Below are positions 8,384-19,325 of a stretch of DNA of 64,000 nucleotides, piece by piece. Where the stretch lies: positions 2,016,001-2,080,000 of the forward strand of contig OZ219753.1 of assembly GCA_964291315.2 (NCBI GenBank). Reading direction: 5' to 3'. The stretch's first letter is position 1, and each line of letters begins with the position of its first letter. The DNA comes from Candidatus Poribacteria bacterium (GTDB taxonomy: Bacteria > Poribacteria > WGA-4E > WGA-3G). The notes beneath the pieces were generated by a model, which worked only from the letters and a program-made list of their open reading frames with translations, was not told the DNA's origin and searched no databases. The translations under genes and the position numbers were made by a program.

Positions 8384-10816
8384 CTAAGCCACAACAGGAC
8401 GGATGATCAACTTTATCTTCGTCCCCTTAGGCGGGATCACGTCGGTGTTGACACGGTAGGTTCGGTCATCGCTGCCAGTCGATAACGAATGATTAAAAAG
8501 AGAATCAGGATCACGGTAAACTGCAACAATGTTATGGTAGATTTGCGCTGTGAATTGGTTGTTGCGCAGCCGGCCACCATTGAAAATCCAAGGAGTCTCT
8601 TGCATCGGTTGTTCTGTAAAACTATTCCATATCAATTCTCTTGCCGGACGTGAAACGACTTCGGCACCACGATTCCATTCCACCCAGATTTCAACAGGCG
8701 AACCCATAGGAAGACGAGGATCGCCTACAGCCTCAAGATTCATACCCGCTTCATAATCCAACGCAGCAAGGGCTGCGAATATATGGAGCGGTTCTGCATC
8801 AATGATTAAAATACTCTCATGCGTTTTCCCAAGCTTGCCGCACGCAAAAAACTCAACATTAATATCTGATCCTATAATGTTAATTTCACCTGGAACTGTT
8901 ACTTCACGCTTACTCGCATCAAAAACCACATTCCCGAGCTGATAAATGTTTTCACTAAGTTCATGAGGGTCTACTAACTCTGTATCTGTGGCTGCAATAG
9001 ATTGTGAGTAGACAGTAAGTTTTTCCGAAGCAATATTATCCGTTTCATCCGTATCCATAATATCTATGCGGGCTCTAAGTTCTATTTCGCCCTCTGTTAT
9101 AGGCACCCAATCAGCTGAGACAACAGTCTCTCCCAGCCTTGGAGTCCAAAGCACTTCAGTAGTAGCAACTCTCTCCTCCTGAACATAGAACTCTATATTT
9201 AAATTTCCGTCGAAGGGCGCCCCATTGTTCCGAAGCGTTGCACTCAGGCGAACGGGTTCGCCGACGCGCGGAGAAGGCGGGGAAAACCGGAGACTCCGTG
9301 GCATAATACCAATGTTTGGCTTTGTTGGACCCACCAATGCATGACTTAGAGTCATCACGGCAAAACAGGTGGATAAAAAATCGCTCTCAGAGCCACGCCA
9401 CCTTCCATCAGATTCTTGTTGCGCCACCATCATTTGGGCAAACTTATTATACCAACTGTAACCAGCAAGTGTGTCTAAAGTAGGAGGGATATCACAGAAA
9501 CGCTGCAACGAAAGTAGATAGTAGTAAAGCCAAGAATTAGAACCCGGATTCCGCGTTAAAGTCCAATGCTTTTTCACCCATCCGATGCCTTTCCGAATCT
9601 GAGGGTCATCGATGGGGACACCACATGCACGGAGAGCCCACAGCCCCGTCGCAGTCATACTTCCATAGACACCGATTGCCCACGGAGAACCTGCGTCAAC
9701 TAAGTTATACAGCCACCCTCCTGTTTCCGTTTGATTCCTACGAATCCACTGTTCCGCGCGTGCCCACGTATCTGGCGGAATATCAAGTCCCCACTGCTTT
9801 GCAGCATACAGAGCATAGATAACCATGTTCATGTGCGCACCATCAGCCGAATAACCGTATCCCCAACCGCCGTTGTCCCGTTCATCAGCAAACTCACTAC
9901 CCTTAATAGGAAGTTGCTTTTTAACTAACTGATTAACGGCAAATTGGACACGATCCTTATAAGTACTATCTTGAGTAGCAACTAATACTGGAACAACTAC
10001 CGCAAATTGGTAAACATCAAATTCGTTCCAATTCCGCCCAAGTAGAAATTCTAAGCCTTTCTGGACTGACATGTCTAACGCGGTGTGTCCAGTCGCGAAT
10101 AGAGACTGCAATGCTAAGGAGGTCTCTTGCGTCTGATCCTCTCCGAAATTCCAAGAGGTTCCTGGAATAAAATTTTCAGCTAACCCTTTTAGACTCGCAC
10201 CGCAAGTGATGCAGTTTAGGATAATCTGAATTTCAGAGCCACATTGTAAACAGGTGCGACTATGCTTTCCTTGTTGTGCCTTTATCCAAGTGATCGCCTT
10301 CGTGATCGCCCCTTGAATCTGCTCCGGCGTAACAGGAGGAAATGTCCGTTTTTCTGCGACAAGCGTTGCATGTGCAATGTTATTTGTTGCATCTGTTTCC
10401 TCAATATGTTTAGCACCAGTCGGGTTAACAACCGCATAAATCTCCGTCCTACCCGGTGGAGGCTGCCACTGGGTCTCTACCTGTCCGATTTTGCCCGGTT
10501 TTAATTCCAAAATCACATCTTTACAGAGAATTTGGAGCGGGTGCGTCACTGGATCCCCCTCATAAAGGTCAACGACCAGATCCTCATTCATTGTCGGAGT
10601 CCCATTACCGATATTCTTTATCTCAACCGAGATAGTGATCTCTTCACCTTCAACCGGGTTGGAATTGGAAAAGGTAATACTATCCGCATCGACATAAAAA
10701 TCGGGGAGCTGCGCAAACCCAGCTGTAGCAAACAACCCAACAATAACTCCGATTATTAATCCGAAGTGTAGGCTTGGAAAACCTACACGCTCTGCCAAAA
10801 GCTGGAGTCTAATCAT
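8384..10816 (-). CDS. Secreted multidomain protein: CARDB - zinc ribbon - prenyltransferase/squalene-cyclase-like repeats - CARDB - YdjY-like domain
   Basis: Signal peptide; E.D.TNN CARDB motifs; QxxxGGW repeats with SMTA.G and YYYL.SL.R; GKTHESIL...L.A C-terminal domain. Confidence 0.7.
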   Translation of the reverse strand: MIRLQLLAERVGFPSLHFGLIIGVIVGLFATAGFAQLPDFYVDADSITFSNSNPVEGEEITISVEIKNIGNGTPTMNEDLVVDLYEGDPVTHPLQILCKDVILELKPGKIGQVETQWQPPPGRTEIYAVVNPTGAKHIEETDATNNIAHATLVAEKRTFPPVTPEQIQGAITKAITWIKAQQGKHSRTCLQCGSEIQIILNCITCGASLKGLAENFIPGTSWNFGEDQTQETSLALQSLFATGHTALDMSVQKGLEFLLGRNWNEFDVYQFAVVVPVLVATQDSTYKDRVQFAVNQLVKKQLPIKGSEFADERDNGGWGYGYSADGAHMNMVIYALYAAKQWGLDIPPDTWARAEQWIRRNQTETGGWLYNLVDAGSPWAIGVYGSMTATGLWALRACGVPIDDPQIRKGIGWVKKHWTLTRNPGSNSWLYYYLLSLQRFCDIPPTLDTLAGYSWYNKFAQMMVAQQESDGRWRGSESDFLSTCFAVMTLSHALVGPTKPNIGIMPRSLRFSPPSPRVGEPVRLSATLRNNGAPFDGNLNIEFYVQEERVATTEVLWTPRLGETVVSADWVPITEGEIELRARIDIMDTDETDNIASEKLTVYSQSIAATDTELVDPHELSENIYQLGNVVFDASKREVTVPGEINIIGSDINVEFFACGKLGKTHESILIIDAEPLHIFAALAALDYEAGMNLEAVGDPRLPMGSPVEIWVEWNRGAEVVSRPARELIWNSFTEQPMQETPWIFNGGRLRNNQFTAQIYHNIVAVYRDPDSLFNHSLSTGSDDRTYRVNTDVIPPKGTKIKLIIRPVVA

Positions 10817-10937
10817 AATATGTACCTCATAATCATAATATGTCTATCAGAGTTGTTATAATCATATTCGCGAGCCCTCTAAACAGATTCATATCCATCT
10901 TTCAACGAGGCGGATGTAGCAACTAATGAATCCTGAG

Positions 10938-11867
10938 TTAGTTTCCTGCCCAATAGCCGACGGAAACGGAAGAAGGCTGTCGGATAGGGTTCTTGAACAA
11001 AGCTTGCCCCGCTGAGCTCCATTTACTAATCTCGCCTTGGAAGGTCTCACCGAGTAAGTCCGCGATCCAAATATCATCATCCGCCGGTGAAAGTGCTATT
11101 GCCACGATTGCCATTCCCGCTAAAAACTCATTCTTCCTCGTTCCATCTGATCCCAAATTGATTAACTGAGATTGTTGAGAAACGACCCAAAGACTGCCAT
11201 CTATAGGATTAATACGCGGAGAGGTAGGATTCGGAATATCCGTAATTTCGACGAGTTTCTGACCGCTCGGCGAGACCCGCATGAGGACACTATGCTGACT
11301 ATCGGCGATCCAGGCATTCCCCTCGTAATCAACGCTCACCCCTTTAGGTTCTCCCATCGACGGAGCATCCGCTATCTTGTTTCCAGCAGCATCATAACGT
11401 GCGATCGGGCCTCGCGCGTTGGTTATCCAGGCCGAGCCGTCCTTAGGATTAACCGCCACAGCCGGTTCATGTGCAGGCACTGTGGCAATAACTTGTGTCC
11501 CATCCCCAGATATCTTCTTAACGGCATCAAACCCCGCAATCCATGCCGAGCCATCTACCGGGTTAATAGCTATCTGATTCGGACGTGTGATATCCGGGAC
11601 TTCACCAACCGTGCCACTGTTCGGATCATAGCGATAGACAGTATTCGCCGCCGAAACCGCAATCCAGACCACCCCATCGGCAGGATTCACCTCTGCAGCA
11701 CTCGCTTGTGTTAGGTTCGGAATGACGGTCGGATCTGCTTGTCCATCAGAATACAATTTATAAATCGTATCACCACCACTGACAACCCAACATTCACCGT
11801 TATATTGTCCGTAACTGGTAGCAACTGCTACGCCTAATAAAATTATTACCCAAAACGTCTTTTTCAT
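10938..11867 (-). CDS. Secreted beta-propeller (NHL/Vgb-like) protein
   Basis: Signal peptide; repeated (V/I)NP.DG..W(I/V) blades. Confidence 0.75.
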   Translation of the reverse strand: MKKTFWVIILLGVAVATSYGQYNGECWVVSGGDTIYKLYSDGQADPTVIPNLTQASAAEVNPADGVVWIAVSAANTVYRYDPNSGTVGEVPDITRPNQIAINPVDGSAWIAGFDAVKKISGDGTQVIATVPAHEPAVAVNPKDGSAWITNARGPIARYDAAGNKIADAPSMGEPKGVSVDYEGNAWIADSQHSVLMRVSPSGQKLVEITDIPNPTSPRINPIDGSLWVVSQQSQLINLGSDGTRKNEFLAGMAIVAIALSPADDDIWIADLLGETFQGEISKWSSAGQALFKNPIRQPSSVSVGYWAGN

Positions 11868-12488
11868 GGTTCATAACTCCTTGCTTTATGTGCGCTCTCT
11901 AAGTGCGCGATCTGTGATTCGTAAAAGCGTGCTTATGTGCTGCTCTTCCACTTTTATATCCTAACATAGTTTTCCTCAATTCGCAAGAATTTTGTGGAGA
12001 GATCCGATGCAGCTATTGTGTTTGAAGCGCTAACGCAGTTGAACATCTCACCTTTCTGACGTTTTTCTTGAAGTAATTGAGAAAACCGTTTATACCAATC
12101 TAAGCAAAAAGCACTTATAAATTATTGGACATCCCACCAGTTGTAGATTCCACGCTCATATATCTTCGGAAACCCCGGTTTCCATAATAGGCTTAACCGG
12201 CGGAGCTTCTGTATTCATAAAATCGTCTATCTTTCGCGGAGGAGAACATTGCATACAAGACTCACATTCAACAGCATCTTGACAATAGGCGAAATAATAA
12301 CTGCCACGCTCCTGACACTCACCGTTTTACCTGTTTTGTACTACACCCTCGAATTAAGTTAGCGAGTTTCCATCGACAAACGCCAAAATATTAGGAGCCT
12401 GTAAACTTTTTTGAAACTTTTTCCGTTGAAAAGTGTCTACTAACGTAACTTAATGTAAAACTTATAAAAATTAAGTGAGGGAATCGAG

Positions 12489-13220
12489 ATGAAACGCTTA
12501 CATTTCTACTGTCTAACTCTTGTGGTAGTACTCCTATTTGTTGGAATCAGTATGGTCAGCATAGCTGAAGTAGCTGTCTTACAAGTAGAAATTTCGGATG
12601 TCGTCAGCAACAGAGATGCCTATCAGATTCGACGATTATTAAAACCATGGGCTGATGCAGAGGACATTGTCTTTGAAATACCGGTTGATAAAAATGGAAG
12701 AAAAAGACTATTCACCACTCTTGTGAAGATCAAACCCAGACAAGGTCCCTCTAAATACAGCGAAACGCATACGTTTGATGTCTATGACATCATGCGCCAG
12801 CTTAACGACTCACGTTTCCGAGGCAGACATGGACTTGGATCTTCCCGCGTTCTAAAAAGTGAAGCGACCATCCGCGGAGACCTCTTTGCACATCCCGGCT
12901 TCGCCCGGAGTTACCTCCGAAACGTCCCATCGTGGAGACGCTGGCGACCAGACACCTCCAATATCCATCACGCTATGACTGTCGGGGATAAAAAACAGAA
13001 GTTTGTTTTCAGTAAGAATCCTGAATTCGATCAACTGCGGATCGACGCAGCGAATAATGACAAACCTGTTGAGGTACACGGCGTAATTGCTGGATTTGAT
13101 GGACCCTATCCGATCGTGTCAGTACACAAGTATAAGGTAGGCTATCACCTCAACAGAGGTACACCCAAAAGTGGGGCAAACGGAAAACCGACTTATGACT
13201 ACCTTATCGAGGAAAATTAA
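12489..13220 (+). CDS. Secreted hypothetical protein
   Basis: 243-aa ORF, GAGG RBS, N-terminal signal. Confidence 0.65.
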   Translation: MKRLHFYCLTLVVVLLFVGISMVSIAEVAVLQVEISDVVSNRDAYQIRRLLKPWADAEDIVFEIPVDKNGRKRLFTTLVKIKPRQGPSKYSETHTFDVYDIMRQLNDSRFRGRHGLGSSRVLKSEATIRGDLFAHPGFARSYLRNVPSWRRWRPDTSNIHHAMTVGDKKQKFVFSKNPEFDQLRIDAANNDKPVEVHGVIAGFDGPYPIVSVHKYKVGYHLNRGTPKSGANGKPTYDYLIEEN

Positions 13221-13247
13221 GAATGAGATATTAGTTCTCAATGCTTG

Positions 13248-14411
13248 CTAGGCCTGATATCCACCTGTGTTAAATAGCACAACACGCTCGGAAGGAGCAA
13301 TCATCCCCTTTGAGGTGAGTTGTTCGAGTGCCGCAACCGTTGCTGCCCCTTCAGGGCATGTTAAGAGTCCTTCAGTTGTTGGAAGCAGTTGCATTGCCTC
13401 ACGGATAGCTTCGTCCGTGACGGCAATCGCGGCACCATTGCTCTTACGAACGGCCTCCAAAATCAGGAAATCTCCAATCGCCTGTGGCACGCGTAAACCG
13501 TTCGCAACGGTTTGAGCATCGCGCCAAGGAGCTGCTTCGGCGGCACCTTCCTCCCACGCTCTAACAATCGGGGCACAGCCTGTTGACTGCACTGAGATAA
13601 TACGAGGCCTCTTCTCGTTGATCCAACCAATGGCCTCTAATTCTGAAAAACCCTTCCACATCCCTATAATTCCGGTGCCACCCCCGGTAGGATAGATAAT
13701 CACATCCGGCAACTCCCAATTGAACTGCTCAGCGAGCTCAAACCCCATTGTTTTCTTCCCTTCTACCCGGTAAGGTTCCTTAAGAGTCGATACGTCAAAC
13801 CACCCTTCTTGGTTCTTACGTTCTGCCACAATTCGACCCGCATCAGTAATTAAGCCATCAATCAGTGTCACTTTGGCACCTGCAAGTTGACACGTCCACT
13901 TATTGAATGCAGGAGTATCTTGGGGCATGAAGATATGGGCAGTCATTCCCGCGGCAGCAGCGTAAGCCGCAAGAGCGGTTGCCGCGTTACCTGCTGAAGG
14001 GATTGCCAACGCTCTGAGTCCGAGCGATTTCGCTTTGGATACCGCCATCGCTAAACCGCGAGCTTTAAAACTACCGGTGGGCAATCTCGATTCATCCTTC
14101 ACCCAAACTTCTGTGAGGCCAAACGCCGCCCCTAACTTTTTTGCGTAGATGAGCGGAGTCATCGTTTCTCCAAGTGTCACCCTGTCTTCAGGCATTGATA
14201 TAGGCAGAAGCTCCCCGTAACGCCAAAACGAAACCGGGCGGGATAGAAGAGCATCACGCGTCCATGTCGCCGCCAGCTGTTCAAGCGCGTAACGAGCAAA
14301 CAGGGGTTTCCCACAAACGTTACAGACATTCTGTGGCTCAGTGTGTAGATAGATTTCACCACACTTGCTACATTCAAGTCTTTTTAGCGTGTCATCCTGA
14401 ATATTCATCAA
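13248..14411 (-). CDS. thrC: Threonine synthase
   Basis: N-terminal CxxC..CxxC, PTGSFKARG (PLP Lys), SAGNA, PTGGGTG. Confidence 0.85.
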   Translation of the reverse strand: MMNIQDDTLKRLECSKCGEIYLHTEPQNVCNVCGKPLFARYALEQLAATWTRDALLSRPVSFWRYGELLPISMPEDRVTLGETMTPLIYAKKLGAAFGLTEVWVKDESRLPTGSFKARGLAMAVSKAKSLGLRALAIPSAGNAATALAAYAAAAGMTAHIFMPQDTPAFNKWTCQLAGAKVTLIDGLITDAGRIVAERKNQEGWFDVSTLKEPYRVEGKKTMGFELAEQFNWELPDVIIYPTGGGTGIIGMWKGFSELEAIGWINEKRPRIISVQSTGCAPIVRAWEEGAAEAAPWRDAQTVANGLRVPQAIGDFLILEAVRKSNGAAIAVTDEAIREAMQLLPTTEGLLTCPEGAATVAALEQLTSKGMIAPSERVVLFNTGGYQA

Positions 14412-14425
14412 ACTTCGGCTGCAGA

Positions 14426-15364
14426 TTACGATGCTTCAAGCAATTTGAGGCAGACCGCCTTCATACTATAGAGACGGTTCTCTGATTGATCAAAGATGAT
14501 TGAACGCTCATCATCGAGGAGATCCCCCGAAATTTCATACCCATGATGAGCAGGGAGACAGTGCATAATCCGACATTCATGCCCCTGCAGTAATTCAGCA
14601 TTTAATTGATACGGCATCATCTTTTCCAGTCGACGTTTCCGTTCCTTGGCAAAAGCCGGTTCTATAAAAAATTCCATATCGACCCACGTATCTGTGTAAA
14701 CAATATCACTTTCAGCAAGAACTTTTTCCAACACACCATCAATACCCGGAGCATCGGTGTCAACCTGTTTATAAAGTCCTTTCCGTGAAGCTTCTTCCAA
14801 CAACGCTTTATCAACAGCCGCCGGATTCACCTCCGGCGCAACGACCGTAACTTCAATGCCTACCTTCATGCCAGCAGCAATCAACGAATTGCAAACATTG
14901 TTATGCACACCGATAAAACACAATTTGACCCCTTCCAGTCTGCCAAGGTGTTCTTGTATTGTTATCAGATCCCCGAGGGCTTGGGTCGGGTGGTACCTAT
15001 CACAACAACCGTTAATTACGGGGACGGTTGCAGCAGCTGCCGCCTCAACAAGTTCGCAGTGTTTTACAAAACGGGTTAAGATAATATCAAAATAAGCCGA
15101 GATAACACGCATCTCATCACCAAGATCCGCTAAAATAAAGTTGGTCGTCCGCCAATCAAGATAGTGGGCATGGCCACCGAGTTGCGCCATGCCGATCTCC
15201 GCAGCACATCGTGTTCGCGTGGAGGTCTTTTGGAAAAGCAGGCAAAGACTCTTTCCACTGATAGCATGTCTGTATTTTTCAGGGTGTTTCTTTATTTTTA
15301 GGCTGTTTGCAACCGCCTCAAGAATATCTGTTTCCGACCAGGGTTTCAGTGTAATTAGATGCAT
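14426..15364 (-). CDS. argF: Ornithine carbamoyltransferase family
   Basis: FQKTSTRTR, HPTQ, HCLP, Q.ENR; start moved to ATG 15364 (GGAGG RBS). Confidence 0.85.
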   Translation of the reverse strand: MHLITLKPWSETDILEAVANSLKIKKHPEKYRHAISGKSLCLLFQKTSTRTRCAAEIGMAQLGGHAHYLDWRTTNFILADLGDEMRVISAYFDIILTRFVKHCELVEAAAAATVPVINGCCDRYHPTQALGDLITIQEHLGRLEGVKLCFIGVHNNVCNSLIAAGMKVGIEVTVVAPEVNPAAVDKALLEEASRKGLYKQVDTDAPGIDGVLEKVLAESDIVYTDTWVDMEFFIEPAFAKERKRRLEKMMPYQLNAELLQGHECRIMHCLPAHHGYEISGDLLDDERSIIFDQSENRLYSMKAVCLKLLEAS

Positions 15365-15568
15365 AATTACCCTCCACAGTAGCGTACTTGAAAACCGACC
15401 CGAGAGTGTCGTACTCAGCAAATTAGACAACCACCATCGGGAAAAATAAGAAATTACAATTATACACAAGTTTCCAACATAAGTCAAGCGTTTTTTCTGC
15501 CTTGCTCAAAACCAGTCAAAAACCTATCATCGACAATTGAACGGCGCTGAAACCACCCAACTTTTTAC

Positions 15569-15598
15569 TTGACCTTGCACAAAACACTGTGGTATTAT
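15569..15598 (+). promoter_or_regulatory. Putative sigma70 promoter
   Basis: TTGACC-N18-TATTAT with TG extension, upstream of the DUF1592 gene. Confidence 0.45.
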
Positions 15599-15689
15599 AA
15601 GAAACACTAATGAAATACCAATAAACACCGAGGGAAATCTGTTGTCTATGGAAACCACTACCTAACGTTTTAGCACACGGAGCCGCTCA

Positions 15690-18122
15690 ATGATCTCATT
15701 CAATTACACCTTACGATGTTTCTGTCTGATTTTAATGCTGGCGCTCGTTACATTTACCGCCACCCCCGATGAAAAGGAGATTACCGACTTTTCCCAAAAA
15801 GGCACACTATTTTTAAAACAGTACTGTTTCAGTTGCCACGCCGGGGACCAACCTGCTGCCGCCCTCTCCTTAGATGCATTCACAGATAATTACTCTTTGA
15901 TTAAAAACCGTGATGTCTGGGAACGGGTTCTAGACATGGTAGCAACAGGCCAGATGCCACCATCAGATAGTGAACAGCCCTCAATAGGGACATCAGAATC
16001 GTTTGTTGAACATATTGAATCAATCTTTGAACACAGCGACCGCACAGCGAAACCAGATCCCGGGCGAGTTACAGTCCGCAGACTTAATCGAGTTGAATAT
16101 AAAAATACAGTCCGAGACCTACTCGGTGCCGATTTCAACCCGACCGAAAATTTCCCCGCAGATGATGTCGGACACGGGTTTGATAATATCGGTGATGTGC
16201 TCACTATGTCACCACTCCTAATGGAACGTTACCTTGAAGCCGCAGAGGCAATCGCGACACGCGTCATTTTACTGGACCCACCCCGTCCATCTAAACGGTA
16301 CCAAAGTGGGAATCGGCTAGATCCACGGCACGACAATGTCCCTGATCAACGTTACCGCCTGCTCGACCCAACCGCTATAGAAACGTGGAAATCTGGACCC
16401 TTTACAACCGACGCAAAATATTTTAAGATAGCTCCCGACGCACAAATCGTCTACCGCGCAACGCTTTATGCCGAAACAGACACCGAGACAACCGTGAATG
16501 TCGCCTTATTTATTCAGGGCGACAAATTAAAGAACACAACCCCCGCAAAAAAACTAACACGCTTAGTAGGAGTAGATCCCACGGCAGATAATAACATTAA
16601 GGTTTTGAAAACTTTTGAGATTACCGCCCGCAATAAAGAAAAAAGACAGACAATCGAAGTACTTATTACAAGCATTCCTAATATTGAAAAAGTCGGCATC
16701 GCAATGCTGAAACCAACAGAAGGAGAACCGCATGCCAAACTCCAAATTCGCACCCTCTGGGCAGAAGGTCCATTAGAAACCAGACCCGATTCTCATTTTG
16801 AAATTCTGGCATGTACACCCGGTATCTCCCAACCAGAACAAACCCGGGAAGTGCTAACCCGTCTGCTTCGCCGAGGGTATCGCCGGGTGCCGACTGAAAA
16901 CGAGATAGAACAACTCGTGCGGTTTGTCGCATCAGCCCAAGCCGATGGCACCAGATGGGAGGCAAGCATCCAAGAGGCAATTAAAGTCATACTCTGTTCA
17001 CCCAAATTTCTATTTCGATGGGAACTCAACAATCGTCCGAAAACTTCCGAGCCGTACCCAATTGATGAATTTCAACTCGCCTCACGACTCTCTTACTTCT
17101 TGTGGAGCAGCATGCCAGATGACGAACTCCTTGAACTCGCCGAGAAAAAGCTGCTGACGATCAACTTAGAACCCCAAATTAAACGCATGTTGACAGACCC
17201 AAGAGCATCCGAACTAGGACGCAATTTCGGAAAGCAATGGCTTCAAATTCAACGATTGTCAACCGCTACTCCTGATCTAGAACGATTTCCCACATTCACA
17301 GGTAGCTTGCGCACCGCTATGCTACAAGAAACTGAAATTTTTGTTCAGTCCATCTTCCGTGAAGATCGGAGCCTCCTTGACCTAATTGATGCCGACTACA
17401 CCTTCCTCAACCAAACCTTAGCAAACCACTACGGTATCGCGGATACACAAGGAAACTGGAGAGGACAAAAGAAAACCGTTCCCGGAGGTGAAGCAATCAA
17501 AGGCAGATCTTTCCGACGGGTTAAATTGCAGAGCACCTCGCGCGGCGGGGTACTTAGTCATGCCAGCGTCTTGACGGTGACCTCTAACCCAACACGCACC
17601 TCCCCTGTCAAAAGAGGCCGTTGGGTTCTAGAACAGATACTCGGTAAACCGCCACCACCGCCACCACCAGAGGTACCGGAACTGGAAGAAGGGGAGGAAG
17701 TTCACGGGAGCACCCTGCGAGAGCGCCTTGAGCAGCACCGAGCAGACCCGGCTTGCGCCAACTGCCACGCAAAAATGGACCCCATCGGGTTCGCACTCGA
17801 AAACTACAATGCAATCGGGGCTTTTCGATGGAAAAATGACGAACTAGATATTGATACAACAGCAGAATTGCCAGACGGAACAGTATTGGAAGGCATAGCA
17901 GACCTCAAAGAAGTCATTAAAAACAGAAAACTGCAATTCCTACGCTGTTTAACCGAGAAAATGTTAACCTATGCTCTAGGCAGAGGATTGGAATATTACG
18001 ATCGACCGACTGTTGAACACATCGTCGCACAACTCGAAGCCAGAAACTATAGGAGTTCGATCCTCATCACAGAAATCGCTAAAAGTGATCCGTTCCGGTT
18101 GCAACGCACCACAGAGGACTAG
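15690..18122 (+). CDS. DUF1592/PSD-PSCyt planctomycete-type cytochrome c domain protein
   Basis: CFSCH and CANCH haem motifs; RRLNR.EY.NTVRDLLG, LASRLSYFLWSSMPD, TSPVKRG.WV. Confidence 0.9.
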   Translation: MISFNYTLRCFCLILMLALVTFTATPDEKEITDFSQKGTLFLKQYCFSCHAGDQPAAALSLDAFTDNYSLIKNRDVWERVLDMVATGQMPPSDSEQPSIGTSESFVEHIESIFEHSDRTAKPDPGRVTVRRLNRVEYKNTVRDLLGADFNPTENFPADDVGHGFDNIGDVLTMSPLLMERYLEAAEAIATRVILLDPPRPSKRYQSGNRLDPRHDNVPDQRYRLLDPTAIETWKSGPFTTDAKYFKIAPDAQIVYRATLYAETDTETTVNVALFIQGDKLKNTTPAKKLTRLVGVDPTADNNIKVLKTFEITARNKEKRQTIEVLITSIPNIEKVGIAMLKPTEGEPHAKLQIRTLWAEGPLETRPDSHFEILACTPGISQPEQTREVLTRLLRRGYRRVPTENEIEQLVRFVASAQADGTRWEASIQEAIKVILCSPKFLFRWELNNRPKTSEPYPIDEFQLASRLSYFLWSSMPDDELLELAEKKLLTINLEPQIKRMLTDPRASELGRNFGKQWLQIQRLSTATPDLERFPTFTGSLRTAMLQETEIFVQSIFREDRSLLDLIDADYTFLNQTLANHYGIADTQGNWRGQKKTVPGGEAIKGRSFRRVKLQSTSRGGVLSHASVLTVTSNPTRTSPVKRGRWVLEQILGKPPPPPPPEVPELEEGEEVHGSTLRERLEQHRADPACANCHAKMDPIGFALENYNAIGAFRWKNDELDIDTTAELPDGTVLEGIADLKEVIKNRKLQFLRCLTEKMLTYALGRGLEYYDRPTVEHIVAQLEARNYRSSILITEIAKSDPFRLQRTTED

Positions 18123-18124
18123 CT

Positions 18125-19147
18125 ATGATACGAATTATGAAAAGTATAATTCTCCTGATTATCATAATTCTCCAATCCAGTTGCTATGCATCCGGTTATC
18201 AAACGGTAAACGAAAACCCTATCTTACAGTTGGAGGAAAAATACGCCGTCTACTTAGATTATACATGGACCGCAAAACATGCAGAGACACTCCTACGAGT
18301 CTTCAAATCCATATCTCCATGGACGCAACTACATTTTTCTCAATGGCACATCAGCAACAGTGACTTAGATAGTGGTATCAAGATAGAATTTAAAGATAAG
18401 TTAAAATTCGTTACGATTAGTAGAAATATCCTTCCAGTTGAGGGGGCTCAAAAAGTATCATCACCAAGCAAGCACCTTTATTATGCAGTCTTTGAGTTCA
18501 TAACAGATAATGGTACAAACAAACCTATGATAGAATTCATTTTGAAAAAACGGTATGGTATAGAGGTCCCCTCTTACGGTTTATTAAGCAACGGGTTGGC
18601 AGCTCCAACAGAAAAGCGTTATTCAGACTTTGAAAATGAAGATCTGATGCTAATTATATCAGTGCTTGAAGAATTTCCACAAGCATTTCATAAAACAGCA
18701 CAATTAAAGTATATAGTGCGTAGAATAGACAATCATAATAGGGGAATAAGTCAGGCGATAATAGGCGGTAATCGTATAGAATTTGCGGAATCTATCTTTG
18801 GTCGCCACAATTTTAATGACACCCGTCGCGTAATTGCACACGAAAAATCCCATTTTTTATGGGCTTACGTTTTTAATCAGCAAATTAAAACAGATTGGAC
18901 GAAACTTGGAGGCTGGCATCAAGATTCAAATAGTGAATCAGGTTGGTCAACCACTAAAAAGCGATCAGAGTTTGTATCAGATTACGCTTATGAAGTAAAC
19001 CCAAACGAGGATATGGCGGAAAGTATCGCACATTACATTGTAGATCCCGATAAACTTCGTTACTGTTCTCCTAACAAATATAAATTTATTCATGAACAGA
19101 TTATGCTTATGTATGGGGAACGTTACGCCCCATCTAATCTCATGTAG
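18125..19147 (+). CDS. Putative secreted zinc metallopeptidase (gluzincin-like), AT-rich
   Basis: HEKSH, then FVSDYA..NPNEDMAES; signal peptide. Confidence 0.65.
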   Translation: MIRIMKSIILLIIIILQSSCYASGYQTVNENPILQLEEKYAVYLDYTWTAKHAETLLRVFKSISPWTQLHFSQWHISNSDLDSGIKIEFKDKLKFVTISRNILPVEGAQKVSSPSKHLYYAVFEFITDNGTNKPMIEFILKKRYGIEVPSYGLLSNGLAAPTEKRYSDFENEDLMLIISVLEEFPQAFHKTAQLKYIVRRIDNHNRGISQAIIGGNRIEFAESIFGRHNFNDTRRVIAHEKSHFLWAYVFNQQIKTDWTKLGGWHQDSNSESGWSTTKKRSEFVSDYAYEVNPNEDMAESIAHYIVDPDKLRYCSPNKYKFIHEQIMLMYGERYAPSNLM

Positions 19148-19325
19148 ATTCAGCATCCATTTGGTATAAATCTCTGGACATAATAGTGAGTAAATTGCTC
19201 GTTTGAGTTGATTAACCCTTATTCAAAGAACGCACGTCAAATTATAATACACGAAACCTAAACTAAATTAACCTGACAAAAGTATCCATCTATCGTAAAT
19301 CGAACGTCAACGATTAGAGACGCTC

